Translations under genes and position numbers: made by a program | NCBI GenBank assembly: GCA_951406725.2 | Contig: OX597825.1 | Coordinates: 68,510,001-68,574,000 of the forward strand | Reading direction: 5' to 3' | From: Octopus vulgaris | Lineage: Eukaryota | Length of the DNA: 64,000 nucleotides | In this document: positions 39,700 through 53,299 of the stretch, piece by piece | Layout of the letters: every line of letters starts with the position of its first letter | How positions within the stretch are numbered: position 1 is the first letter of the stretch | The notes under the pieces: generated by a model | What the model was told of the DNA's origin: nothing | The model's database searches: none | What the model saw: only the letters and a program-made list of their open reading frames with translations

Positions 39700-41450
39700 A
39701 AAGAAGGAGGTACAGAATGCAATATCAATTAGAAAGTAGCTGGAAAACACCTGAAGGACAATACAGATTCATATCCTGTATGGCAGTGTACGATTTTATG
39801 TGGGACACACCCAACATCAATGTTTTAGATGTTTGACAGTTTGGATTGTCATCAATCCTATGGACCTAATCAGCCAAAGATCTGGTATTTCCAGATTTTT
39901 TTGAGAATGGCTGGATCTAGGTATCTGGTGATGCTTGAGGGACGCCCCCTCCCTCCCCAAGTGTCACCTGTGCCTGGAACCAGGTCACATTATAAAAGAA
40001 CTGTCCTCAAGACCAAGGTAAGGTCCTGGAGAAGTTATTAAAAATAGCGTTCCCTGCTCCCCCATTGGAGAAAGAGAAGGAGGCAGGGATCTCCTTGAAA
40101 AAAGGGAAAAAAAGGATCCGTAGGCTATGGGAGGGAAGGAAAATCTTCTGGACAAAACGGAAGAACTTCACCCTCCAGTGGCTCGAGGAAAACAAAGAAG
40201 AAAAAGAAAAACGGGACATTGCCGGTGGTACGTCTGCTCTTCGACTTTTTGTGGAAGGGTCAGGTGATCCATCTGCTGTCAACGACCGCTGAACGGAGGC
40301 CTTGGCATGCCGTGGTTACTGATGTGCAGACATGCGCTCAGGCTGCGACATCTCAAGTGTTTCCTAGACGGTGAACAGGTGTGGTCGTCTTATGTCAGAC
40401 GCGACTTTACGCAGCTCGTCTCTTTGACAGAGCTGCAGACCTGGATCAAACGTAGACCGAGAAAGGGCGCTTGGCACCTCGAGTGCCGTCAAGCTCTCTC
40501 CACCCTCCGCCAGGCGGGCAATGCGATCGGTTTCAGCTCCACTCTAGCGTTCTATAGAGGGTTAGTGGAGGAAAATGCAACGACATTCTCGGGGAAACTC
40601 TAGGCGTTGACGATAACAAACTGAGCGGTCTGTTCGGAAGGACTTTCGGGCCGGGGCCAATGGATAATTTCCAGAGGTCGCTTGCCTGGCAGTGCTACCG
40701 AGGGGTTCTGCCTGTTCGGGATAAACTCTACCGGCACGGAAGTGCCATCAGCCAGGCCTGCCGAAGGTGTTGCCAGGACAACGAAACCGTTCTGCACACA
40801 CTCATCCAGTGCCCGAGTATTGCTGAACTATGGGTTTATGTCGAACAGCTACTGTCACGTGTAGGACGGATCCGGCTATCAGCCGAATCCATAATGAAGA
40901 TTGCCCCGCCGACCTCCTTTAACAAGGAGGGCGAGGCCGTTTTCTTGTGCCTAGTGGTTGTGGCGAAAGAGGTTGTATGGTGGACCCGTTTGAAAGGGCT
41001 AAAGTCAGACACTTTCCTCTTTGGTCAAGGCCTCATCAACTTTTTCAAGTTTCACTTGAAAAGGAAGATGAGGTTATAGAGGAGAGTGCTGTCCGATAGC
41101 AAGTTTTCTGAAAGGTGGGTGAATTGTGCGAGAATGGCCAGTATAAATGGACCAATTCTCAGGTTTCGCCTGTGATTGGAAAAGGTTTTATAAAAGGAGA
41201 AAGGGGCTCTCTACCCCACTTTTGACCAGGCTCTCATTGGCTTTTATGGGGTTTTTTCCACCAGGAACCTTTCGAAGCGCCTCCCCCTATTGGGAGTTTT
41301 TCGTTGTTATATTATTTGATTGTTACACTGTTTTTACACGATTTTTTCACAACCGGACAAAACCCTTTGTAACCTTTCGTCCCTTTATGTTTTCTAATCA
41401 TGTGTGTCAGCCCTTGTGGCCAATAAAAAGAATTAATTATTATTATCATT
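39700..41450 (+). mobile_element. Internally deleted Tx1/L1 LINE: ORF1 piece joined to the ORF2 zf-RVT end and 3'UTR
   Basis: MAGSRYLVMLEGRP..CHLCLEPGH; GGLGMP; RSLAWQCYRGVLPVRDKL..CRRC..ETVLH..C; ends aataaaaagaa(tta)n. Confidence 0.82.
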
Positions 41451-41460
41451 AGTATTACGG

Positions 41461-41605
41461 AAGGTGGTGAGCTGGCAGAGTCGTTAGCATGATGGGCAAA
41501 ATGCATGGTGGTATTTTATCAGTAGCTAATGTTCAGAGTTCAAATTCCACTGAGGTCAACTTTGCCTTTCATCTTTGCTGCCCTTGTGGCAAAATTTGAA
41601 TCCAT
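41461..41605 (+). mobile_element. tRNA-derived SINE fragment
   Basis: ggtgagctggcagagtcgttagc...gagttcaaattcc...gaggtcaactttgcctttcatc. Confidence 0.65.
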
Positions 41606-41729
41606 CATTATTCATTTTGTTCACCATACACAAGTATGTATATATTCATCATTTTTCTATTTATTATATTCTATTTTAGAAACACTTAAACATGTCTTTG
41701 ATAATTCTAGAGAATATTGAATTTATTCT

Positions 41730-42895
41730 TCAGTCTGATGACGATGGTGCAACCAATAGAACCGCCAATAACACCTTCAACCAAAAAGCATCCTGGAAAA
41801 GCCATATCTCATACAAATTAGTCAATTAGTCCACAAATTTCATGCAACAGGCAGTATGCATGACAAATCCTGAAGTGGCCACCCAGTGATATCAAACGAG
41901 ACACGTGTATCTGTCATAAAAAAGATCAAAAATAGACCAAAGAAATCAATGTGAATTCAGAGGAAGATGTCACTCATCATATGCAATGAATAATAAACAG
42001 CAAACATTTCCATCCTTATGAGACTGCAACTCCTAAGCAAATGGTATAAAGATGATGCCAATAGATGAATGGAAGTGATAAAGCAAATTTCTTTGCAAGG
42101 TAAATAGACAAAATTGCCATTTATTACTTGAAAGAAAATCCTCATTGGATGGAAGCCATCAAAGAACATAGTTGTCATAAATTAATGGTTTGGTGCCGAT
42201 TATGAAGAAACCAGGTTTTAGGCCCATTCTTTTTCACAAAACTATCCTAAAGGGCTGCATGCAAAACTGTTGCATCAGCTGGTGTTACTGAGTTGCTGAG
42301 GGAGGGGAAACCTGTATGGTTCATGCAAGATGGAGCTCTACCCCATTAAGTACTGAGTGTGCATAATTGGTTTAAGGAAACTTAACTATTGGATTGATCA
42401 AAGAGGAACAGAGGAGTGGGCCCCTAGATCACCTGATCTTAATCCAATGAACTTAAATCACAGATTTGGACCAATAACAAAAACGGATTATTGATGCCTA
42501 TCATCACATCAAATGGGATTCTGCTTTACTGGAGTATTTTCTGGCATTATGCTGAGCTACAGAAGTTGACCATTTCCAACACTTGCAATCGAAGGAGAGG
42601 GGGCTTTCTCCATCCGGGTTGCGGATCCGTGGAATAAGCTGCTGGATGAGATAGTGAAGATACCGACAACCGCTCGGTTCAAAGTCTCTCTTGACCAGAA
42701 ATGGCCTGAACTCTTTGCATGAACACCCTCCCTGTACATAACTCCATGTCCCCCTACATGGCCTTGCTTTTTGCTTTTTGAGCCAAAAAATTAACTTAAC
42801 TATTTATTTTGCTTTGTAATTAAATATAAAAGTGTTGTTTATGAAATGTGCAATATAAATTAATCTTAATACATGACTTTTGGCCCAGCCTGTAT
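41730..42895 (+). mobile_element. Degraded rosa-like Tc1/mariner remnant interrupted by a CR1 3' tail (~42556-42800)
   Basis: KFHATGSMHDK, WFMQDGA, EWAPRSPDLNP; CR1 tail RRRGAFSIRVADPWNKL; ends ctg-TA. Confidence 0.6.
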
Positions 42896-45800
42896 AGTGA
42901 TATGTATATATTTTAACAAAGGAAGAATACACACATCTATTCATACATATAGCTGTATATAAAGGTAATATGATTCTCCTATTTCCTTGTTGGTCAATGT
43001 TTCTTTTGGTGAGAAAAATTAGTATTGTTGCCCTTGACAACAGAATTTCTAGTTTCTATGACAATTGTACTTTCGTTATCAGTGATGATATAGTATTGGT
43101 ATCCTTAGATCAATAACAAACCTGCCTTCAATATGCCAGTCTATCACTTTCAGACAGTCCATCTTTCACCAACCGTGCATTAGGAATAGGTTTTCTACTA
43201 CACACTAAATCTATTAAATATAGTTAGATTATATGTATGTATGTTCTGCTAGATATACACACATATATATATATGGAAAATTCTATCTATCTCGTTTGAT
43301 AGTATTCATTGACAGATCAGCTCATAAGTTAACTGCTTATTTTATTGTGCTTTTGAAAAAGTTTCGTTTTAAATTTTGCACACGGAGTGTGTAAGACACC
43401 CAGCTTTCGTCTGGGTGTGTTTTCAGCCTTGAATATATATAAAAATTTTGCTGTAATAACTTGCTTTTTCACACAATGTCGGCGAAGCGTTTCTAATAAC
43501 ATACAAACGCTATTCCCTCTCTCTCGTTTGCATCCATTGTTTACGTTCTACATTGTCGGAGTTTTTCAACTTTTCAAACGCCCAACTTTCGTTTGAGTCT
43601 TTTTAAATATAGAATTTGCCCATAGTGGCAATTTTCATCAATTTATTTTTATTTTTCCTGGAAAAAAAATAATGTCGAGAAATCTTATAGTAGAAAAATA
43701 TTCTATTATGTTTTCTAACAAAGATTTCCCTGTTTTGCAAAATACAATCGGCAAACATGCTGAAAGAAAAAAAGATAAAACTGAAATCAACACCACCACC
43801 ACCACCACCACCACCACCACAACTACCAACAACAAGAATAACAACAATTGCGTCACCATTTCTATATCTGCTGCCACTGACACCACCGCCAACACCAACA
43901 ACAAAAATAAAAACAACAATTCCTTTCAGACTTTGTTTCCTCCAACACCAAGAACTGAAGGAGATAAACAAAAGACTGTGGCCACCAAGCAAATTGACAA
44001 AAGCTGCTCGAATACAGGGATAAATTATGCAAGTAATTTTCCACCCCTTCCTACTTGCACAATCAAACCAAATACACTGATTTTACCAACTGCAGCCAAC
44101 AACAACAATAACAAAACAACAACAAATTTCGCCGAGGCAATAAAAGAAAAAAAGACAACAGTATCTTTTACTGCACAACAGATAAAAGATACGAAAATTT
44201 TAATAACGGAAGTAGATGGTATAGTAAAAATAAACATACAAGAAATATTAGACAATGAAAAAAAAAGAACTATTATATATAAAATAATCAATAAGAAGAC
44301 AAAAAGTCCAGAGAAGGCTAACACAAGCAAAATCGAAAAATGCTTGCAAACCTATCTGGAACTTCAAAGAATATGTGACCTGGTGGAACAAGTTTGCACA
44401 TATACAAGTAGTTTTCCACACTGAAGAGTTAGCAAGACAATTCTCAATGCTAACTCTTCATTCGGATGAACTTACAATGATACCTAGCTACAGTGGACAG
44501 AGAGTGACTAAGGTCATCTTAAACAATGTTCCACAAATAGCGGACACTATGGCAAGCATCGGCCATAAGTGTGGAAATAGACGATTTCAAAATTTTACAA
44601 ACCATGGTCACTGAACACAAAAACTGGGTAGGAAAAAGAGTATAATTTCTACTACACATCAACCAAGATGCCATCAAGAAAATACCCACCCAGATATCAG
44701 AAGACCACAAGCTGTATGTGGTCGTCGAGGGCAGAAGAGCACGTTGCTACATATGCGGCAGTGAGCAACATCTAAAAAAAGATTGCAAATCTGCCACAAG
44801 AAAACAGCAGCAACAACAACAACAGCCGGAAAGAACAAAAAAGCCAGCTTTATTACCCACACCACAGTTTGCACGGACAATAAAAGGACTAATCACAGAA
44901 AATCAACAAGAAACAAACCTACCCAACCAAACAATACCACCAACTGCACCAAGAACAGATACAACAACAACCAAGGATAAACCAACTCCCAAACCAAGAA
45001 TATCTACCAAAAAGACAAGCATCGAAAATGAAGAAACAATTACTACTCCAAATCCCCCCAAAACACACACCCCAAACACCACAACAATAACTACAATCAC
45101 ACAAACACAAAATACCCACACCCCACCTCCAAAAACCCATACACCACACCCTAATGCTCACCAACCAACACCAACAACAAAATCAACACAGTCTAAAATA
45201 GACCCCAATACTTTTCCCCTCCCACTCTGATTCCTCTGACTTGTCATTAGATGAAGAAGACACTGAGGATTGGCAAATAGCCACAGGGGAGAGGGGAAAA
45301 AAGAATAGAAAAGCTAACAAAGCAGAAAGATTCACCACTCCCCCCCAAAAAAAAACAGAAAACAAACACACAATCACCTAACCACCCAACAATGTTGACA
45401 GCCATAAACACAAACAACCACCACCTAATGGAATACATTAGGTCAAACACCAACATAACTGAAAACGACACAAAAACAAATAACCACCCATGCACAACAC
45501 CACCACAACACATTAAAATAATACACATAACACACACAGCACCCTGAAATCTCTCTACCCTGATGCAGTAGGGAGATTTCAAAAATATTTATCAAAGAAA
45601 CTGTATAAAAACCTCATGGGAGAAGACTGAGGTGAAAAACAAATTACTTTCGGACATTAAGTAACCTTTTCTCTCTCTTTTTTTCTCATCTTTTCGTGTG
45701 TAAAACACAATTTTTGATAGGAACACGCTCAAAATAGGCAGTATAAATGCACATGGCTTGGGGTTGCCTTGGAAACAAGGCTACCTGTTAAACGACATCA

Positions 45801-46805
45801 AGTCACTAAATCTGCATATCATAGCCATCAGTGAGACCAGACTCCACAGCTCGCAGGCACTCTAGCACATGTTCGGCACACATTTCAACATTTATTTTTC
45901 TCCATGTCTACCGAGAATGGGCGAAGGTGGGACCACGGTCCTTCTCAAAGAGCAATTTTCCTAGACCCGGAGGGTAGGCTGGTCGTTTTGGATGTCAATG
46001 GCAGCAATGAGTATGCTTTTCGACTGATAACAGTTTATGCACCATCCTTAACAGGCCGACCAAATTTCTTTCGACGTCTAGAGTCTTTCATAGGAACGTC
46101 TCGTCCTTTACTTTTAGTGGGGGATTGGAATGCCACCCTGGACACGCATCTAGACTACGTGGGCAAAGATAGCAATAGAAGGGGATGCAAATGCCTCAAA
46201 GACCTGCTCAGACGTTTCCAACTGTCTGACAGGTACCAACTGGACCACCCGAATGTGCCAATGTGGACATAGATAACCACATCGGGTCATCCAGATCGTA
46301 CTTAGATAGAGTATTCTGTAGGACAATAGATAAAAATAGTGTAGGTTGTCCACAATTTCATATAGTCAGTTACACAGATCACAAGTTTGTGACTTGTACA
46401 CTTGACTTAGATAAAACACATAGGCAGGGTCCTGGTTACTGGAAGCTGAATGCGTCTTTTACAGCACGACAGGCTTACAGGGACCGGATCAGCACATTAG
46501 TTAAGGGAGCTTTGACGGGTACCATCATCAACAACAGATGGTGGTATGCTCTGTGTGGATGTACAGGATGCGATGGCAGGCTGTGCGAGAGACAAGTCAA
46601 CAGGCTTGGATGGTCTGCCCTACGAACTTTATTGTCATATGCCAGACTTGTTTGGAGGCGTCTAGGCAGCTGTCTACTGCAACTGGCAGCAAAACGGGAG
46701 TATCCCTGCTTTTGTAAAGCGAGGAGCAGTGGCACTGATTAAGAAAGACCCAAACAAGGGGGACGTCATAGATAATTTCAGGCCCATCACTCTGCTTAAC
46801 GCAGA

Positions 46806-47158
46806 GAGGAAAGATCAGGTATGCAGTAATTGGAAAAGGACGAATGGACGAGTTTATGGAAATGTGTGAAAGGGAGGATTGGGAAGTAAGTGAAGTGAGA
46901 ATGGTTGAGGGATTTGGAAGAGACGTTTGAAAAAAGGATGGAGATGGAAGGATTTTGTATAGGAACGGAACAAGGAACATTTGTGTGAGATTAAAGGACA
47001 GGTAAGTGATGCTAGCGGATGGGGCCGTTGACACCACTTTCATATATCATTTTCATATTTCATTTTGCCCATATCTATGTAATTGTGATGTTCTATGTCC
47101 CCAATGTTTGTAACGTCCCCTCTATGTAGCCCCTAGTGGTGGGTAATAAAACAAAAAT
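46806..47158 (+). mobile_element. Short 5'-truncated retroposed insert in the LINE RT
   Basis: Absent from LINE copy 1 (aacgcaga|tttgaaaac), flanked by a caga duplication, ends aataaaacaaaaat. Confidence 0.6.
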
Positions 47159-47858
47159 CAGATTTGAAAACTTTGGCCAAGGTGTTAGCCGAGAGGTTGG
47201 CGCTTGTCATCAAGAAACTAGTCGACAAGGCGCAAACATGCGCCGTGCCGGGTAGAAGTATTCATGACCACCGCCATCTGATGCGCTACATCATAGACAG
47301 GGTAGTCAAGAATCCTGGCATGGGTGGGGCGCTGATCAATTTGGATCAATCAAAAGCTTTCGATATGGTAGACCATCACTACTTGGAGGCTGTCCTTAAA
47401 GCGGCTGGTTTCGGTCCAGTTTTCAGTGGTTGGATCGCTGCCTTATACAGCGGCATCCACTCAGTAGTTTGTGTAAATGGTCACCTATGCAGCCCTTTTA
47501 ACATCATGCATTCGGTTCGTCAGGGATGCCCCCTCTCATCGCTTCTGCATATATTGACTCTTGAGCCACTACTGCGGAAACTGGCGACGCTGAGGGGCAT
47601 CTCACGAGAGCTGTGATGCGGGAGGAGCGTGTCTGCATACGCGGATGATGTCACCGTCATAGTGTCGAGCTACCAGCACATCGAGCTGGTCGGCGAGACA
47701 CTAAAAGAATACGAAGCGGTAACAGGAGCAAAAATTAACCGGGAAAAGTCAGTGGGCTTGCGGTTCAGCACCTGGAGAAGCAGGCCCATGCCGTCCAACA
47801 GCGTCTCCATCGTGGGACGCTGGACCGACGGACCGGTTAAATTGCTCAGAGTCTTATC

Positions 47859-50800
47859 GCAGGAGTGGCCGTGTGGTAAGTAGCTTGCTAACCACTGAAC
47901 TGTTCAGACGCCACGTTGTTTCAACGTGAATTGTTGAACTTTTGACTCGACTGCAGGTAGGCGTTTTGTATTTTTGCGAGCGAAGTGAAGTTTTATTACT
48001 TGCATTAATGTTTTTTAGCATTAAATATTTTTTTAGCAGATAATAAAGCTCCACTTTGCTCCAGATATAATTTTTCTGCCTGTTGTCGAGTGTAAAGAAA
48101 ATTATATTTTTAAAGCGGCGTAGTCCGTCTGCAAAAATTGCTTTTGAAATTGTATTATCCACGGGATTTACCAAGGATTATTTTACCAAGGTGTTTTACC
48201 AACCGTGTATTTGGCCTGGAATACAATTTTTGGCCGAAAAAGTGAAAAAAAAAAAAAATTAATTCCTTTGTCTGAATTTGAATTCTCTTTCTTCGTCTAT
48301 CATTCATTTTTTTAAAAAAAAGAACTTTTTTTGAACTGCCATTTTTAATTTTATTTCTTCCTTCTGTTGCATTTTTCATTCTCCTTTCTGTGACTAATTT
48401 ATTTTATCACATTTCGAACTGTTTTTTCTTACGTTATGGCAAAGAATTTCACTGTGTGGGAATTGACACCTCCCAAAAAGTACTTAAAGGAGCTCGAGGA
48501 CAAAACCGTGGTGTTGAGGACATATTCGAAGTCGCTCGACACCATAATGGTTTTCCCGAAAGCCACCATCATGAACGAGCTCGCAGACTATATGCCAGCC
48601 GTTAAATACATTCAACGGGGAGCCAAATACGCAACGATTTGGTTGCTGTTTGACTCCCCTAAAGCAGCTTGCGATTTCGCGAGTAAGCCCATTGAGGGCA
48701 AAGAGATTCTGTTTCTCCCAAGCTACAAGGGGGAAAAATTGATACGATTATGGGTCTGCGGCCTGCCGCCCGGCTTTGAGCCCGAGTGGGTGGAAGATTC
48801 CATCCGCCGGGGTCTGAGTGGTGGTAGCGCCAAGATCCTGAACGTGAGAATGCAGCCTGCGGCTGATTGGGAAGGGTCAAAGGCTACTTTGACTGTGGAC
48901 CCAGTCAGCCAAGAGTCTGGTTTTGCCGGACTTCTTGAAGATGGCCGGGTCCAAGTATCCGGTGATGCTTGAGGGACGCCCCCCCAAGTGTCACCTGTGT
49001 TCGGAGACCGGCCACATTAAGAAAAACTGCCCCAGGGACCAGAGTAGGATCCTGGAGAAGTTAATATCAGAGCCTCTCTCTGCCCCACCAATGGAGGGAG
49101 AGAAACAAAGTGAGGAGGGGGAAAAATCCTCCTCCAAAAGAAAAAGAAAAGTGGGGAGCAATGGCGACCCACCAAAGGAACCGGAGGCTGCAGAAGAAAA
49201 GAGGACCCGGTGCGTATAGCACCGGAACCTCAACCTCCCGAGGCCCAGCGTAAAAAGAAAAAGAGGAACGGGACGCCACCAGCGGACTGTAACACGCAGA
49301 TGGCGTCTCCCATGTGTCCTCCGGCGGTTGTGATGCCGGAGAAATTTTATGTAGTCCTCTTCCATAAAGGAGGCACAGTAGAAAATGAAATAGGTAAGAT
49401 GAGGAAGAGAAACCAATGGGAGGGACTTCGGTCCTGCATGGAGTATCCCGAGTGGCCTTCGCAGCTGGCTGCGGAGGTCCTATTCGAAAATGATATGTGC
49501 AGGATTGAGAATTCTTTCCCAGGCTCTTAAATGTAAGAGTATTGCCAGCGGTCGATTGGGAAGGGTCAAAAGCGATTTTGACCCTGTGGTCCCCATCGGC
49601 CGCAACAGAACTGGTTTTTCCAGGTTTCTTGAAAATGGCTGGCTGCAGGTATCCGGTGATACTCGAGGGGCGTCCCCCAAAGTGTCACTCGTGCCTGCAG
49701 CCAGGCCACATTAAAAGGAACTGCCCCCAGGACCACGGTAAGGTCCTGGAACAGTCACTAGATGCCACCTCCCCTACCCGGTCAAAGGGAGAGGTGGATG
49801 TGGTCGAGGAGGCTTCAGCCTCCTCAACTCAAAAAGGATTAAAAAGGAAGAAGGCGGGCAACAATAGTTGCCCACCGAAGAAACCTAAGGCTTCGGGAGG
49901 CGGGGGAGAGTCTCCGGACAAAGTGGAAGGGCTCCACTCTCCCGAAGCCAGGAAGAAAAAAAAGAAAGAAGAAGAACGGGTCATCTCAGCAGGGAGATGA
50001 GGTGTCGACTGCATGTCCCGAAGTTGTGCCACCCATGGTGGAAGAAACCACCCCCACCCTTAAAGATGATCAATTAATTATCTTTTTCTACAAGGGCGAG
50101 GAGGTGGAAAAATAGAAGAATTTAAAGAAACAGTAGATATGCCCTTCACACGGGATCCCGAATGGCCTCCGCAGATAGCGGTGGAGGTCATAAGGTTTCC
50201 CTTGTGGGAAAGGCTTAAAGGATTTGGGGAGGAGTGTTGCATATGGCCGGGTGGCCCTTTCACGACTTACATGTCCTACATGAGTGAGGCATGGGAAATG
50301 GCGAGATACAGGAACTCAAGCGGCATTGAAGATAATGATGAATATACCGATGGATATATCGAAGAGTAGGCAGTGAAAGACCCTCGTTACAGAGTTTGAA
50401 ACCTCACCTAATTGGACTATTTTGTAATGGTTTATACCTCAATTTTGTGTTTTAAGAAAGAAAAAAGAAAATATGTTAAGTAAGAGGTTTTAGTGCCTCC
50501 TCCTTGTAAAAGTTTCGAAACCTTATATTGATTTTAAAAAAAAAACACAGGAAAATATGTTTGAGAAAAATCCAATTGGCAGGTGTTGGGTTTCGTCTCA
50601 TTTATTCATTATAATTCATTTTCATTCACTCTTTGTACTGTCTATATGACAAATTTATGAAATAAAGTAGCTTGTTTACCAACCACATGGTTCCAGGTTC
50701 AGTCCCACTGCCTGGCATCTTGGGCAAGTGTCTTCTACTATAGCCTCAGGCCGACCAAAGCCTTGTGAGTGGATTTGGTAGACGGAAACTGAAAGAAGCC

Positions 50801-51035
50801 TGTCGTGTGTATATATATGTGTGTGTGTGTGTGCATGTTTGTGTGTCTGTGTTTGTCCCCCCTAGCATCGCTTGACAACCGATGGTGTGTTTATGTCCCC
50901 CGTCACTTAGCAGTTTGGCAAAAGAGACCGATAGAATAAATACTGGGCTTACAAAGAATAAGTCCCGGGGTCGATTTGCTCGACTAAAGGCGGTGCTCCA
51001 GCATGGCCACAGTCAACTGACAAACAAGTAAAAGA
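47859..51035 (+). mobile_element. tRNA-derived SINE (47859-47895 + 50665-51035) split by an insertion
   Basis: gcaggagtggccgtgtggtaagtagcttg | accaaccacatggttccaggttcagtccc..(gt)n..aaggcggtgctccagcatggcc; flanking agagtct duplication. Confidence 0.85.
47896..50664 (+). mobile_element. ORF1-only non-autonomous retroelement (HAL1-like) with a duplicated zinc-knuckle region
   Basis: 5'UTR, ORF1 with two LEGRPPKCH.C...GHIK.NC knuckles, no APE or RT, 3'UTR ending aataaa, ~17-bp imperfect TSD aagtagcttg(cta/ttt)acca. Confidence 0.75.
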
Positions 51036-52304
51036 GTCTGGTTCAGCCTGGACCTCCAAATGGAGAAGAACTGGGGCGATCAATTTGCTGTCAACACCCG
51101 CTAAATGCAGGGCTGGGCATGCCGTGGTTGATGATGCGCAGACATGCGCTGAGACTGCAACATCTCCGGCGCTTCATAGACGACGGTGATCGGGTGTGGT
51201 CGCCTTTTGTGCGGCGCGCTTTCCTGCAGCTCATCTCCTTGGCCGAACTACTGTCATGGATCAAGCAGAGACCGAGGCTAGGTGAATGGCACCGCGAGTG
51301 TCACGTTGCTCTCAAGCAACTCTGCCGTCCGGGATCAAACTTGTGCGACTCCATCACAACAAAGGCGTTCTATAGAGGATTAGTGAAGGGGAGGTGCGAT
51401 GACGATCTCGGGCAGAGTCTGGGCGTCGACGAGGAAAGTTCAGGACAACTTTCGGGCCGGGACCTATGAACAATGACCAAAGATCCCTGGCCTGGCAGTG
51501 CTATCGAGAAGCATTACCTGTTCGGGATAAGCTCTACAGATACGGTTCCAGACACACTGGACTGACTTGCCCGAAACCGTTCTGCACGCACTCGTGCAAT
51601 GTCCAACCATTTCAGACCTGTGGGCTTATGCCGAACGGCTGCTGTCACGTGTGGGACGAGTTCACCTATCGGCCGAGTCTATCGTGAAAATTGCTCCACC
51701 CCCTTCCTTCAACCGGGAAGGCAAGGCAGTTTTCACCGTACTGGTGGCCATGGTGAAAGAATGTGTGTGGTGGACCCAAGCCAAAGGATTAGAGACAAAC
51801 ACTTACCTATCTGGCCAATCGCTCATCAACTTTTTCAAGTACCACTTGAAAAGGAAGGTGAGAATGGGGAGGGATGTTTTGTCTCGCAAAAGATTAAAAA
51901 AGAGATGGGTGAATGTTGCAAAGATGGTGCGTGCGAGTGATGAAACCATTTTGAGCATGACCCTGTAAATCGTAAAAAAGAGAGAGAGAGAGCATTTTAC
52001 TCTCGTGTGATTATTTCCTCCCTGACTGAGGTCCCGTGGTCTTTTCTGTAGGATTTTCTTCCCACGGATGAACCCAATCCTCTTTTATCAATGTTTTTTT
52101 AAAAGAAGTGTTTGTGATACAGGATTTCCCCCCCCCTCCTCTTGACCCCCTTTTGATCAAAATCTTACATTTGCTTTCCTTTTTTTCCACCCTCTAAAAG
52201 AAAAGCTCTACATTTGTATTTGTCCCCTCTGTATTCAGCCCTGTGTGGCTTATAAAAGAAAGTTATATGAAAAATTCTGGGATTATGAATAGAAATAGTA
52301 AGTA

Positions 52305-53299
52305 TAATCTACTCAGCTAGACAATACTATAACAAAGGACAAAGCACAAAATACAACAGTATCCCACACCATCAGAACCATTGCATCTAATATCTGCTCA
52401 GCTAGCCAATACTATAACAAAGGACAAAGCACAAAATACAACAATATCCCATACCATCAGAACCATTACATCTAAAATCTGCTCAGCTCGCCAATACTAT
52501 AACAAAATACAACAGTACCCCATACCATCAGAACCATTGCATCTAAATTCTACTCAGCTAGCCAATACTTTAACAAAGGACAAAGCACAAAATACAACAG
52601 TATCCCATACCATCAATACCATTGTATCTAATATCTGCTCAGCTAGCCAATACTATAACAAAGGACAAAGCACAAAATACAACAGTATCCCATACCATCA
52701 GAACCATTACATCTAAAATCTGCTCAGCTAGACAATACTATAACAAAGGACAAAGCACAAAATACAACAGTATCCCATACCATCAATACCATTGTATCTA
52801 ATATCTGCTCAGCTAGCCAATACTATAACAAAGGACAAAGCACAAAATACAACAGTATCCCATACCATCAGAACCATTGCATCTAATATCTGCTCAGCTA
52901 GCCAATACTATAACAAAGGACAAAGCACAAAATACAACAGTATCCCATACCATCAGAACCATTGCATCTAATATCTGCTCAGCTAGCCAATACTATAACA
53001 AAGGACAAAGCACAAAATACAACAGTATCCCATACCATCAGAACCATTGCATCTAAAATCTGCTCAGCTAGCCAATACTATAACAAAGGACAAAGCACAA
53101 AATACAACAGTATCCCATACCATCAGAACCATTGCATCTAAAATCTACTCAGCTAGCCAATACTATAACAAAGGACAAAGCACAAAAAACAACAGTACCC
53201 CATACCATCAATACCATTACATCTAATATCTGCTCAGCTAGCCAATACTATAACAAAGGACAAAGCACAAAATACAACATGATCCCATACCATCAGAAC
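52305..53299. repeat. 85-bp minisatellite, ~12 copies (continues at 57137-57252)
   Basis: The ctcagct anchor recurs every 85 bp (one 71-bp unit) from 52312 to 53233. Confidence 0.96.

Larger units (their letters stand above)
43390..52262 (+). mobile_element. Tx1/L1-clade LINE, copy 2, near full length but degraded, with nested insertions
   Basis: ORF1 paralogous to 28200-29620 with an (ACC)n tract; APE VGDWN/SYLDR/TDH; RT LDQSKAFD, VRQGCPLS, AYADD. The frame resumes after the nested inserts (VKLLRV|WF..MEKNW), then zf-RVT and 3'UTR. Confidence 0.88.

Noticed and set aside
43603-44044. Poly-G/V/P ORFs
   Set aside because: Alternative frames of the (ACC)n/(AAC)n tract in LINE ORF1.
52305-53299. 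CRISPR-like array / ORFs in the 85-bp repeat
   Set aside because: Plain tandem repeat with no spacers; unit length is not a multiple of 3.
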